DNA from: Chiloscyllium plagiosum
Taxonomy: Eukaryota
Direction: 5' to 3'
Assembly (NCBI RefSeq): GCF_004010195.1
Contig: NC_057749.1
Coordinates: 11,038,841-11,102,840 of the forward strand
Length of the DNA: 64,000 bases
Shown one piece after another: positions 11,145 through 23,232 of this stretch; positions within the stretch are counted from its first letter, which is position 1, and each line of letters opens with the position of its first letter. Under the pieces are notes generated by a model, which was not told where the DNA came from, did not search any database, and was given only the letters and a program-made list of their open reading frames with translations. The translations under genes were made by a program, and so were the position numbers.

Positions 11145-14100
11145 TAATAATGGGGGATGGAAAGGGACAATGCAGGGAACCCCTGTGGCCATTCCCCTCA
11201 ATAACAAGTATACAGTTTTGGTTACTGTTAGAGAGCGAAATAACAGGGATAAGTCATGAGGTACAGGTCTCTGGCAGAGAGTCTGTTCCTGTTGCTCAGA
11301 AGGGAAGGGGGGGAGAGGAGCAGAGCATTAGTCATGTGGGGGACTCTATAGTTAGGAGACTGATATGAGGTTCTGTGAGAAAGAGAGAGACTCACGGTTG
11401 GTGTGTTGCACTCCCAGGTGCCAGGGTTTGTGATGTCTCGGATTGTGTTTTCGGGATCCTTGAGGGGGAGGGAAAGGGGGAGCAGCCCCAAGATGTGGTC
11501 CACATAGGCACTAAGGACATAGGTAGGAAAAGGAATGGGGATTTAAGGCAAAAATTCAGGGAGCTGGGGTGGATGCTTAGAGCGAGAACAAACAGAGCTG
11601 TTATCTCAGGTTTGTTACTCGTGCCACGTGTGAGCAAGGCAAGGAAGAGGGAGAGGGAGGAGTTGAACACGTAGCTACACAGATGGTGCAGGAGGGAGGA
11701 TTTCAGATACCTGGATAACTGGGGTTCATTTTGGGGTAGATGGGACCTCTACAAACAAAATGGACTACACCTGAACCACAGTGATACCAATATCCTGGGG
11801 GGAAATTTGCAAATGCTCTTCGGGAGGGTTTAAACTGATTTAGCAGGGAGTTGGGAAGCTAAATTGTAGTCCCAGTGCCCAGGAGGTTGACAGTAGTGAG
11901 GTCAGAAATACGGTTTCAAGGTCAGAAGAGTGCACTGACAAGCATGAAAGTGGTTTGAAGTGAGTCTACATCAAAACCCAGGAGCATCTGGAATAAGGTG
12001 GGTGAACCTGCAGAATGTGTTGCTGACTGGGACTTCGATGCTGTGGCCATTTTGGAGACATGGATAGAGCAGGACAGGAATGGTTTTAGCAGGTTCCGGG
12101 ATTTACATGTTTTAGTAAGAATAGAGAAGATGGTAAAAGCGGGGAGGTGTAGCATTGTTAGTCAAGGACAGTATTACAGTGGCAGAAAGGAGTTTTGAGG
12201 ACTCGTCTACTGAGGCAGTATGGGCTGAGGTTAGAAAGAGGAAAGGAGAGGTCACCCTGTTGGGAATTTTCTATTGGCATCCAAATAGAAAGGATAGCAA
12301 AGATGATTCTGGATAGGAGCAAAAGTAACTGAGTAGTTGTTATGGGGTACTTCACCTTTCCAAATATTGATTGGAAATACTATAGTTTGAGTCCTTTAGA
12401 TGGGTCAGTTTTTGTCCAATGTGTGCAGAAGGGTTTCCTGACACAGTATGTAGACAGGCCAACAAGGGATGAGGCCACATTGGATTTAGTATTGGGTAAT
12501 GAACCGGGCCAGATGTTACATTTGGAGATAGGTGAGTACGTTGGTGATAGTGACCACAATTTAATTACGTTTACTTTGAGGATGGAAAGGCATAGGTGTA
12601 TACCACAGGGCAAGAGTTATAGCTGGGGGAAAGGCAATTATGATGTGATTAGACAAGATTTAGGATGCACAGGATGGGGAAGGAAACTGCAGGGGGTGGG
12701 CACAATCAAAATGTGGAGCTTATTCAAGAAACAGCTACTGTGTGTCATTGATAAATATGTACCTGTCAGGCAGGGAGGAAGTGGTCGAGCAAGGGAACCG
12801 TGGTTTACTAAAGAAGTTGAATCTCATGTCAAGAGGAAGAAGAAGGTTTATATAAGGATGAGACATAAAGGTCAGTTAGGGTGCTAAAGAGTTACAAGTT
12901 AGCCAGGAAAAATCTAAAGAGACAGCTAAGAAGAGCCAGGAGGGGACATGAGAAGTCGTCAGCAGAAAGGATCAAGGTAAACCCTAAAGCTTTCTATAGA
13001 TATATCAGGAATAATAGACTGACTAGAATAAGATTAGAGCCAATCAAGGACAGTAGTGGTAAGTTGTGCGTGGAGTCCAAGGAGATATGAGAAGTGCAAA
13101 ATGAATATTTTTCATCAATATCCACACTGGAAAAAGACAATGTTGTCGAGGAGAATACTGAAAACCAGGCTACTAGACTAGATGGGATTGAGGTTCAGAA
13201 GGAGGAGGTGTTGACAACTCTGGAAAGTATACTCCACACCCACCTGATGAAGGAGCAGCGCTTGAAAGCTAGTGTTTCCAAATAAACCTGTTGAATTATA
13301 ACCTGGTGTTGTGTGATTTTTAACTGTGTACACCCCAGTCCAACGCTGGCACCTCCAGTCAGGAAAGTGTGAAAATAGATAAGTCCCATGGGCTGGATGC
13401 GATTTATCTGAGGATTCTCTGGGAAGCCAGGGAGAAGATTGCCGAGCCTTTGGCTTTGATCTTTATATCGTCATTGTGTACATGAATAGTGCCAGAAGAT
13501 TGGAGGACAGCAAATGTTGTCCCCTTGTTCAAGAAGGACAGTAGAGACAACCCTGGTAATTATAGACCAGTGAGCCTTATTTCGGTTGTGGGTACAGTGT
13601 TAGAAATAGTTATAAGAGATAGGATTTATAATCATCTAGAATGGAATAATTTGTTTAGGCATAGTCAATGCAGTTTTGTGAAGGGTAGGTCATGTCTCAC
13701 AAACCTTATTGAGCTCTTTGAGAAGGTGATGAAACAGGTGGATGAGGGTAAAGCGGTTGATGCAGTGTATATGGATTTCAGTAAGACATTTGATACGTTT
13801 CCCCATAGCAGGCTATTCCACAAAATATAGAGGGTGATTTAGAGGTTTGGATCAGAAATTGGCTCGCTGAAAGAAGACAGAGAGTGGTGGTTGATGGGAA
13901 ATGCTAATCATGAGGGCGTAGAAGGATGGATTAGTAAATTTGCAGATGACACTACAGTTGGTGGAGTTGTGGATAGTGCCAAAGGATGTTGCAGGCTACA
14001 GAGGGATATAGATGAGCTGCAGAGCTGGGCTGAGAGGCAAATGGAGTTTAATGCAGAAAAGTGTGAGGTGATTCATTTTGTATTCCTGTTGCTCCTCCCA

Positions 14101-14832
14101 GAGAACTGGGCTAACGCTAAGATTCTTGGTAGTATAGATGAGCAGAGAGATCTTGGTGCCGATGTACATAGATCCCTGACAGTTGCTACCCAGGTTGATA
14201 GTGCTGTTAAGAAAGCATACGGTGTGTTAGCTTTTATTGGTAGAGGGATTGAGTTTCGGTGACATGAGGTCATGTTGCAGCTGTACAAAACTCTGGTGCA
14301 GCTGCACTTGGAATATTGCATATAGTTCTGGTCACCACATTGTAGGAAGGATTTGGAAGCTTTGGAAAAGGATCAGAGGAGATTTACTCGGATGTTACCT
14401 GGTATAGAGGGAAGGTCTTATGAGGAAAGGCTGAGGACCTTGAGGCTATTTTTGTTAGAGAGAAGAAGGTTGAGAGGTGACTTAATTGAGACATATAAGA
14501 TAATCAGAAGGTTAGATAGAGTGGACAGAGAGAGCTTTTGTCCTCGGATAGTGATGGCTAGCATGAGGGGATATAGCTTTAAATTGAGGGGTGATAGATA
14601 GAGGACAAGTGTCAGAGGTAGTTTCTTTACTCAAAGAGTAGTAGGGGCGTGGAACACCGTGCCTGCAACATTAGTAGACTCGCCACGTTTATGGCATTTA
14701 AATGGTCATTGGATAAACATATGGATGAAAATAGAATTGTGTAGGTTAGATGGGCTTCAGATTGGTTTCACAGGTCAGTGCAACATCGAGGGCCGAAGGG
14801 CCTGTACTGCGCCGTAATGTTCTATGTTCTAT
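11145..14832 (+). mobile_element. Near full-length decayed CR1 LINE (esterase ORF1, APE-RT ORF2)
   Basis: ORF1 motifs GDSIVR, LPGARV, VVHIGT. APE motifs FPNIDW, LDLVLGNE, GDSDH. RT motifs NYRPVSL, YMDFSK, FADD. It has a (tgttcta)n tail and many stops and frameshifts. Confidence 0.93.
13231..13361 (+). mobile_element. 131-bp PLE-terminus insertion with hammerhead motif (13241-13274, stem II weakened)
   Basis: TSD ggaaagt(a/g)t at 13222-13230 / 13362-13370. Motif reads CAC-CUGAUGA-A-GGAGC(agc)GCUU-GAAAGC-UA-GUG. Confidence 0.8.
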
Positions 14833-14834
14833 AA

Positions 14835-17595
14835 AACTCGTCCGATTTGCCAGCACTTGGTCCATATTCTCTAAGCCTTCATATTCATACACCCATCCAG
14901 ATGCCTTTTCAATGTTGGAATTGTACCAGCCTCCACCACTTCCTCTGGCAGTTCATTCCATCCACTGCGGAAAAAAGTTGCCTCTTAGGTCTGTTTTAAA
15001 TCTTTCTCCTCTCATCTTAAACCTGCTCCCACTAGTTCTGGACTCCCCCACCCCAGGGAAAGACCTTGTCTATTTACCTTATCCATGGCCCTCATGATTT
15101 TATAAACCTCTATAAGGTCACCCCCTCAGCCTCCGATGCTCCAGGGAAAACAGCCCCAGCCTATTCAGCCTCTCCTTGTAGCTGAAATCCTCCAACCCTG
15201 GCAAAATCCTTGTAAATCTTTTCTGAACCATTTCAAGTTTCACAACATCCTTCTGATAGGAGGGAGACCAGAATTGAAAACAGTATTCCAAAAGTGGCCT
15301 AACCAATGTCCTGTAAGCTGCAACATGACCTCCCAACTCTTATACTCACACTGATCAATAAAGGAAACCATATCAAACACTTTCTTCACTATCACATCTA
15401 TTTGCAACCCCACTTTCAAGGAACAATGAACCTTCACTCCAAGGTCTCTTCATTCAGCAACACTCCCTAGGGCCTTACCATTATGTGTGTAAGTGCTGCC
15501 CTGATTTGTCTTTTCAAAATGCAGCACCTCATATTTATCTAAATTAAACTCCATCTATCACTCCTCAGCCCATTGGCCCACCTGATCAAGATCCTATTGT
15601 AATCTGAGGTAAACTTCTTTGCTCTCCACTACACCTCCAATTTTTGGAGTCATCTGAAAACTTACTAACTATACCTCCTATGTTCATATCCAAATCATTT
15701 ATATAAATGATGAAAAGCAGTGGACCCTGTACCAATCCTCATTGCACACCACTGGTCACAGGTCTCCAGTTGAAAAAACAACCCTCCACCACCATCCTCT
15801 GTCTTCTACCTTGAGCCAGTTCTGTGTCCAAATGGCTAGTTCTCTCTGTATTCCATGTGATCTAACCCTGCTAAGCAGTCTACCATGAGAAATCTTGTCA
15901 AACGACTTGCTGAAGTCCATATAAATCATGTCTATTGCTCTGTCTTCATCAATCCTCTTCGTTACTACTTTAAAAAACTCAATCAAGTTAGTGAGACATG
16001 GTTTTGCACGCACAAAGCCATGTTAACTATCACTAATTAGTCTTTGCCTTTCCAAATACATGTAAATCCTGTCCCTCAGCATTCCTTTCGACAACTTGCC
16101 CACCACCAATATCAGGCTCACCAGCCTAGAGTTGCCTGGTTTTCCCTTACCATCTTTCTTAAATAGTGGCACCACGTTAGCCAACCTCCAGTCTTCCAGC
16201 ACCTTACCTGTGACTATCAATAATTCAAATATCTTAGCAAGGGGCTCAGCAATCACTTCTCTAGCTTCCCATAGAGTTCTAGGGTATACCTGATCAGGTC
16301 CTGGGTATTTATCCACTTCTATGCGTTTCAAGACATCCAGCACATCCTCCTGTGTAATGTGAGCATTTTTCAAAATGTCACCATCTATTTCTCCTCATTC
16401 TATAACTTCTATGTCCTTTTCCACAGTAAATACTGATTTAGTATCTCCCCCATTTTCTGCGGCTCCACACGCAGGCTGCCTTGCTGATCATTTAGGGGTC
16501 CTATTCTATCTCTAATTCCCCTTCTATCTTGGGCGGCACAGTGGCACAGTGGTTAGCACTGCTGCTTCACACCGCCAGAGACCTGGGTTCCCACCTCAGG
16601 TAACTGTCTGTTTGCACATTCTCCCTGTGTCTGCGTGGGTTTCCTCCGGGTGCTCCGGTTTCCTCCCACAGTCCAAAAATGTGCAGGTTAGGTGATGATA
16701 CAAATATCTCAGCAAGGGGCCCAGCAATCACTTCCCTAGTAACCCACAGAGTTCTAGGGTGCATCAGATCAGGTCCTGAGGATTTATCCACCGTTATGTA
16801 TTTTAAGACATCCAGCACCTCCTCCTCTGTAATATGGACATTTTTTTCAAGATGTCACCATCTATTTCCCTACATTTTATACCTTCCATGTCCTTCTCCA
16901 CAGTAAGCACTGATGCAAAATATTTGTTTAGTATCTCCCCTATCACCTGCGCTTCCACACACAGACTACTTTGCTGATGTTTGAGACCCTATTCTTTCCC
17001 TTGTTACCCCTTTGTCCTTAAGGTATTTATAAAATCCCTTTGGATTCTCCTTAACTCTATTTGACAAAGCAATCACATGTCCCCTTTTTACCCTCCTGGT
17101 TTCCCTCTTAAGTATACTCCCTACTGCCTTTATACTCTTTTAAGGATACACTCGATCATTGCTGTCTATACCTGACATATGGTTCCTTCTTTTTCTTAAG
17201 CAAAACCTCAATTTCCCTAGTCATCCAACATTCACTATACCTACCATCCTTATCTTTCATCCTAACAGGAATATACTGTCTCTGAACTCTCATTATCTAA
17301 TTTTTGAAAGCTTCCCATTTTCCAGCCATTCCTTTATCTGTGAATATCTGCCCCCAATCAATGTCTGAAAGTTTTTGCCTAATACCATCAAAACTGGCCT
17401 TCCTCCAATTTAGAACTTTAACTTTTAGATCTGCTCTATCCTTCTCCAAGACTATTTTAAAACTAATAGAATTGAGTCATTGGCCCCAAAGTGCTCCCCA
17501 ACTGACACACCTCAGTTACCTGCCTTGCCTTTTTTCCCAAGAGCAGGTCAAGTTTTGCACCTTCTCTAGTAGGCACACCCATGTACTGAATCAGA
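14835..17595 (-). mobile_element. CR1 LINE ORF2 (two overlapping copies), tail-to-tail with the preceding CR1
   Basis: Minus-strand ORF fragments (PGPDQVYPRTL, DWRLANVVPLFKK, YMDFSKSFD, LVRPLLEYC). Segment ~16220-16530 recurs in diverged form at ~16697-17020. Confidence 0.9.
16531..16694 (+). mobile_element. HE1-type V-SINE, 3'-truncated
   Basis: gggcggcacagtggcacagtggttagcactgctgc head and V core; no tail. Confidence 0.88.
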
Positions 17596-17596
17596 A

Positions 17597-17945
17597 AGTA
17601 GAACATTATTTCAATGAGCCACCACACACTGCAGCACAGAGGAACTACGAAGAGCAGAGGAAAATCACCTACCCAGTGTACTCAAAAAGAACGGGTTCCC
17701 AATTAACACAGTCGCCGATTTCTGAGCAACAAACCCAAATAAGCAGGTAAAGCATGTCCAGAAACCCTAGCCACTCTCCCCTACATCAAAGACATCTCGG
17801 AAATGACTGCCAGACTAGTCCGACCCCTTGGCATCATGGTAGCCCACATCACACTAAAACGGCAGCAAATGAATTTGAAACACCCTATACAGACAAGCAA
17901 AATTAATGCCATTTACAAAATACCTTGCAAGAACTGTAACAGACA
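17597..17945 (+). mobile_element. Penelope-like element internal fragment
   Basis: LPYIKDISEMTARL and YKIPCKNC motifs, as in the other PLE copies in the window. Confidence 0.8.
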
Positions 17946-18656
17946 GTTCATCCATGCCTGGTATCAGCTCAGTGAGCCTTCTCTGGAATGCCTCCAATGC
18001 CAGTATATTAATTCTTTAGATAAGGTGCCCAAAGCTTTTCACAGTATTCCAGCTGTGGACTGACTAGCACCTTGTACAGTTTTAGCAAAACTTCCATTCT
18101 TTTATATTCCACTCCTTTGGAAATAAAAGCATGCATTCCATTGCCTTCCCTATTGCCCACTGAACTTGAACGCTAGTTTTTTGTGATTCATGGATGAGGA
18201 CTCCCAAATCCCTTTATAGTATTCTGAATTCTTTCTCCATTTAAAAACAGTAAGCTCCTCTATTCTTCTTGCCAAAATGCATTACCTCAAATTTTCCTAC
18301 ACTATATTCCATCTACTAAGTTTTTGCCCACTGCTTAACATGACAATATCCCTCTGCAGAACATGTATCGTCCTCAGGATTTGCCTACTCAGCTATTTTT
18401 GTATCATCCACAAATGTGGCTACAGCACATTCACTTTCCTCATCCAATATTGTAAATAATGTTGTCACTGTACTGATCCCTGTGGCACTCTATTAGTTAC
18501 GGATAGCCACGCAATTTTTGAGAAGATTTCTATTGAATTATGGAATGGCGATTGAGTTAAATTTAGATAAATGTGAGGTGTTGCATTTTGATAACATAAT
18601 CCAGGGTAGAACTTAGTAGGGTTCTGGGGAGCATTGTTGAGAGACCTAGGGATGCA

Positions 18657-19682
18657 ATTTTGGAGAAGATTTGTAGACCAGATTGTGGATCAGATTGTAA
18701 GTTGCTTGCTAAACTGGTACATTTGTTCTTAGACACTTCATCAACATGCTAGGTAACAGTATCAGTAAGCCTCCAATGAAGCGCTGGTGTTCTGTCCTGC
18801 CTGCTTTTTGCCCGTCTTGGCCTGTTGTGCTGAGTGATATCACTTCTGTTTTCTTTTCTGAGAGGTTGATAAGTGGGGTCCAAATCAATATGGTTGTTAA
18901 TGGAGTTCCGGTTTGAATGCCAGGCCTCTAAGAATTTTAGTGCGTGTCTTTGTTTAGCCTATCCCAGGATGGATGTTTTGTCGCAGCCAAACTGGTGTCC
19001 TTCTTCATCTGTGTATATGGATACGAATGATGGTTGGTCATGCTAGTTGGTGGCTAGTTGGTGGCTAGTTGGTGCTCATGTATCCTGGTAGTGAGTTTCC
19101 TCCCCGTCAGTCCAATGTAATGTTTGTTGCAGTTCTTGTATATGACATTCATTCTGTGCAAACTGCAATACAGTCTTCTACAGTTTGTGTTGCAGTTCCT
19201 CTGCTAGTCTGTATGTCCGCCGATTCCTAAACAACAGACCTAAACAAGAAGGTACAACACACCCAGGGACTCTTGCCACCCTGCTTTACATTAAAGACAT
19301 CTCAGAGATGATGACCAGACTACTCCGGCCGGTGGCAGCATGTTAGCTCACAAACCTACCACCACACGAAAACATCTCCTGATGAATTTAAAGGACCCCC
19401 CCCACCCCCCTCCCCTACCAACAACTAGTAGAACAGTCATCATATACAAAATATCCTGCAAGGACTGCAACAAACATTACACTGGACAGACAGGCAGGAA
19501 ACTAGCCACCAAGATACATGAGCGTCAACTAGATCACCCACCACAACAGACCAAGACACATAAATAGCAGGCAGGACAGAACACCAGCGCTTCATTGGAA
19601 GCTCACTGATGATGTTACTTAACATGATGACAAAACGTCTGAGAACAAATCTACCTGCTCAGCAAGGAAATGTACAACCTGA
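18657..19682. mobile_element. Penelope-like element with inverted terminal arms; degenerate hammerheads at ~18728-18770 (-) and 19602-19643 (+)
   Basis: The left part (~18657-19150) is an inverted copy of the GIY-YIG/3' region found at ~19440-19682. The plus strand encodes YKISCKDCNKHYTGQTGRKLATKIHE. Confidence 0.82.
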
Positions 19683-19769
19683 CAGGTAGCTATGCTGAAA
19701 ATGCTTCCTTAAGCCAACTATTTTCTATTAATTAGCTAATGACCACTCAGCAGCTCTCTGGAGACAGAA

Positions 19770-22700
19770 ATGGTACAGGCAGACAGTGCAAAGATTTCTT
19801 ATGACCGTTCCCCTCAATAATAAGTATGTCATTTTGAATACTGTTGAGGGGGATGACTTAGCAGGGGAAAGCCATAGTGGCCATGTCTCTGACACTGAGC
19901 CTGGCTCTGTGGTTCAGAAGGGAAGGGGGAGAATAGAAAACCTTTAGTGGTAGGAGACTCAAATAGTTAGAGAAACGGACAGGAGATTCTGTGGTTGCGA
20001 ACAGGACTCTTGGAAGGCATGTTGCCTCCTTGGTGCCAGGGTCCGGAACTCTCTGATCGAGTCTACAAGATTCTAAAGGGGGAGCGGGAGCTGCTAGAAT
20101 TCATGGTGCATATTGGCACCAATGACATAGCTAGAAAAAGGGATGAGGATCTAAAAAGTGATTTCAGGGAGTTAGGTTGGAAGGTAAAAAGCAGGACAAG
20201 CAGAGTAGTAATCTCAGGACTACTAACAGTGCCACATGCTATGAAGCAAGGAACAGGGAACAGGGCTAGTGCAGGAGGGAAGGCTTCAGATACATAGATC
20301 ATCGTGGTACCTTCTGGGGAAGATGGGACCTCTACATGAAGGACGGGTTGCACTTAAACTGGAGGGGCACCAATGCCCGGGGCGGGAGATTTGCTAAAGC
20401 ACTTCGGTAGGGTTTAAGCTAGTTTGGAATGGGGAATGGGAACCAGAGCTACAGATCAGAGGAAAAGGCAGTTGTTGAATGGGCAAAAATTGAATGCAGA
20501 GAATCTGTCAGGAAGGATACACAGTTGATAGAGCAAAGAGATGGGTTAAAGTGTGTCTGTTTCAATGCAAGGAGTGTCAGGAATAAGAGTGATGAACTTA
20601 GAGCATGGATCAGTACTTGGAACTATGATGTTGTGGCCTTACAGAGACATGGATTTCACAGGGGCAGGAATGGTTGCTGGATATTCCAGAGTTTAGATCT
20701 TTTAAAAAGAATTGGGAGCATGGTAAAAGAGGAGGGGGAGTAGCATTGTTAATTAGAGAGTGCATCACAGCTGCAGAAAAGAAGGTTGTTGAGGAGGGTT
20801 TGTCTACTGAGTCAGTACAGGTGGAAGTCAGTAACAGGAAAGGAGCAGTCACTTTATTGGTGTTTTTGAAAGACTCCCCAATAGCAGCAGAGAGACGGAA
20901 TAATAGACTGCACAGCAGATCTTAGAAAGGTGCAGATGTAATAGAGTTCTTGCTGTGGTGATTTCAACTTCTCCAATATTGACTGGAACGTCGTTAGTGC
21001 AGATGGTCTTTTGTCACGTATGTCCAGGAAGGATTCCTGACTCAATATGCAGATAGGCTGACTAGGGAGGGAGGCCATATTGGATTTGGTGCTAGGCAAC
21101 AAGCCAGACCAGGTGTCAGATCTCTCAGTGGGACAGCATTTCGGTGACAGTGACCATAACTGCCTCACCTTTACCATAGCCATAGAGAGGGATAGGAACA
21201 GACAGTATGGGAAGGTGTTTAATTGGGTGAGAGGAAATTATATTGCTATTAGACAGGAACTGCGGAGTATAAATTGGGAACAATTGTTCTATGGGAAATG
21301 CACAACAGAAATGTGAAGGCTGTTTAAAGAGCACTTGTTGCGAGTGTAAGATAACTGTGTCCCACTAAGACAGATAAGAAATGGTAAGGTGAAGGAGCCT
21401 TGGTTGACAAGAGAAGATGAGCTTCTCGTCAAGAGGAAGGAGGAAGTTTACTTAAGGTTGAAGGAGCAAGGATCTGGCACAGCTCTAGAGGATTACAGGA
21501 TAGGTAGGAAAGAACTCAAAAGTGGACTGAGGAGAGCCAGGAAGGGGGCACAAAAAAGCCTTTGAAGGATTAGGGAAAACCCAAAGGCGTTCTACACCTA
21601 TGTGAGGAATAAGAGAATGATCAGACAGAGGGTAGGGCCAATCAGGGATAGTGGTGGGAACTTATGCCTGGAGCGTGAAGAGGTAGGGGTGGCCCTAAAT
21701 GAGTTTTCTGCTTCAGTATTCACTAGAGAGAGGGACCTTGCTGATTGTGAGAAAACCATGGACCAGGTTAATAGTATTGAACAGATTAATATTGAGAAAG
21801 TGGATGTGCTGGAAATTCTGGGAAGTATCAAGATAGATAAGTCCTGAGGGCCAGACCAGATTCATCCAAGGTTACTACCGGAAGCAAGGAATGAGATTGC
21901 TGCACCTCTGGCGATGATCTTTGCATCCTCACTCTTCACAGGAGTAATACCGGATGATTAGAGGGAGGCGAATGTCATTCCCTCTGTTCAAGAAAGGGAA
22001 TGGGGAAATCCCTGGGAATTATAGACCAGTCAGTTTTACATCTGTGGTTAGTAAGGTACTGGAAAGGATTCTGAGAGATAGGATTTATGACTATTTGGAA
22101 AAACATTGTTGGATTAAAGATCAGCAACTTCGCCTTGTGAAGGGCACATCATGCCTCACAAGCCTTATTGAGTTCTTTGAGAAAATGACAAGACAAGTTG
22201 ACGAAGGTCGAGAAGTGGATGTGGTGTATATGGATTTCAATAAGGCATTTGGTAAGGTTCCTCATGGTCGGCTCATTCAGAAAGTTAGGTGGTATGGGAT
22301 TCAGGGAAATTTGGCTGTCTGGATACATAATTAGCTGGCTAAAAGGAGACATCGAGTGGTAGTGGATGGAAAGTATTCCACCTGGAGGTCAGTGATCAGT
22401 GGGGTCTTGCAGGGATGCAGAGCTGGGCTGAGAAGTGGTAGATGGAATTCAACCTGGATAAATGCAAAGTGTAAAACTTTGGAAGGTCGAATTTGAATGC
22501 TGAATACACAGTTAAAGACAGGATTCTTGGCAGCATGATGGAACAGCGGGATCTTGGAGTCCACATCCAACTTTGGATCCCTCAAGGTTGCCACCCAAGT
22601 TGCTAGGGTTATTAAGAAGGCATATGGTGGTTTGGCTTTCATTAACAGGGGGACTGAGATCAAGGGCTGCGAGGTTTTGTTGCAGCTCTATAAAATCCTG

Positions 22701-23232
22701 GTTAGACCACACTTGGAATATTGTGTCCAGTTCTGGTCACCCATTATAGGAAGGATGTAAATGCTTTAGAGAGGGTGCAGAGGAGATTTACCAAGATGCT
22801 GCCTGGATTGGAGGGCTTGCCTTATGAAGAGATGTTGAGTGAGCTAGGGCTTTTCACACTGGAGAGAAGAAGGAAGATCGGTGACTTGCTAGAGGTGTAC
22901 AAAGTAATGACAGGCATAGATAGAGTAGATAGCCAGAGACTTTTCCCAGGGCAGAAATGTCTATCATGAGGGGTCATAATGTTATGTTGACTAGAGGAAG
23001 GTATAGGGGAGATGTCAGAGGTAGGTTCTTTACGCAGAGAGTGGTGGGTGCGTGGAATGCACTGCCAGCGATGGTAGTAGAGTCAGAGACATTAGGGACA
23101 TTTAAGCAACTGCTGAACTAGCACATGGGCGGCAGTAAATTGAGGGATGTGTAGATTAGGCTGATCTTAGATTAAGATAAATGCTTGGCACAACATCGTG
23201 GGCCAAAGAGTCTGTACTGTTCTAAGTTCTAA
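19770..23232 (+). mobile_element. Near full-length decayed CR1 LINE (esterase ORF1, APE-RT ORF2)
   Basis: Motifs VHIGTNDI, VVISGLL, NARS, GDSDH, NYRPVSF, YMDFNKAF, LVRPHLEYCVQFWSP and a gttcta tail. Confidence 0.93.

Noticed and set aside
16220..17020. Apparent local tandem duplication
   Set aside because: The copies are diverged like independent CR1 insertions and meet at a truncated SINE, so two elements joined by a deletion is the simpler explanation.
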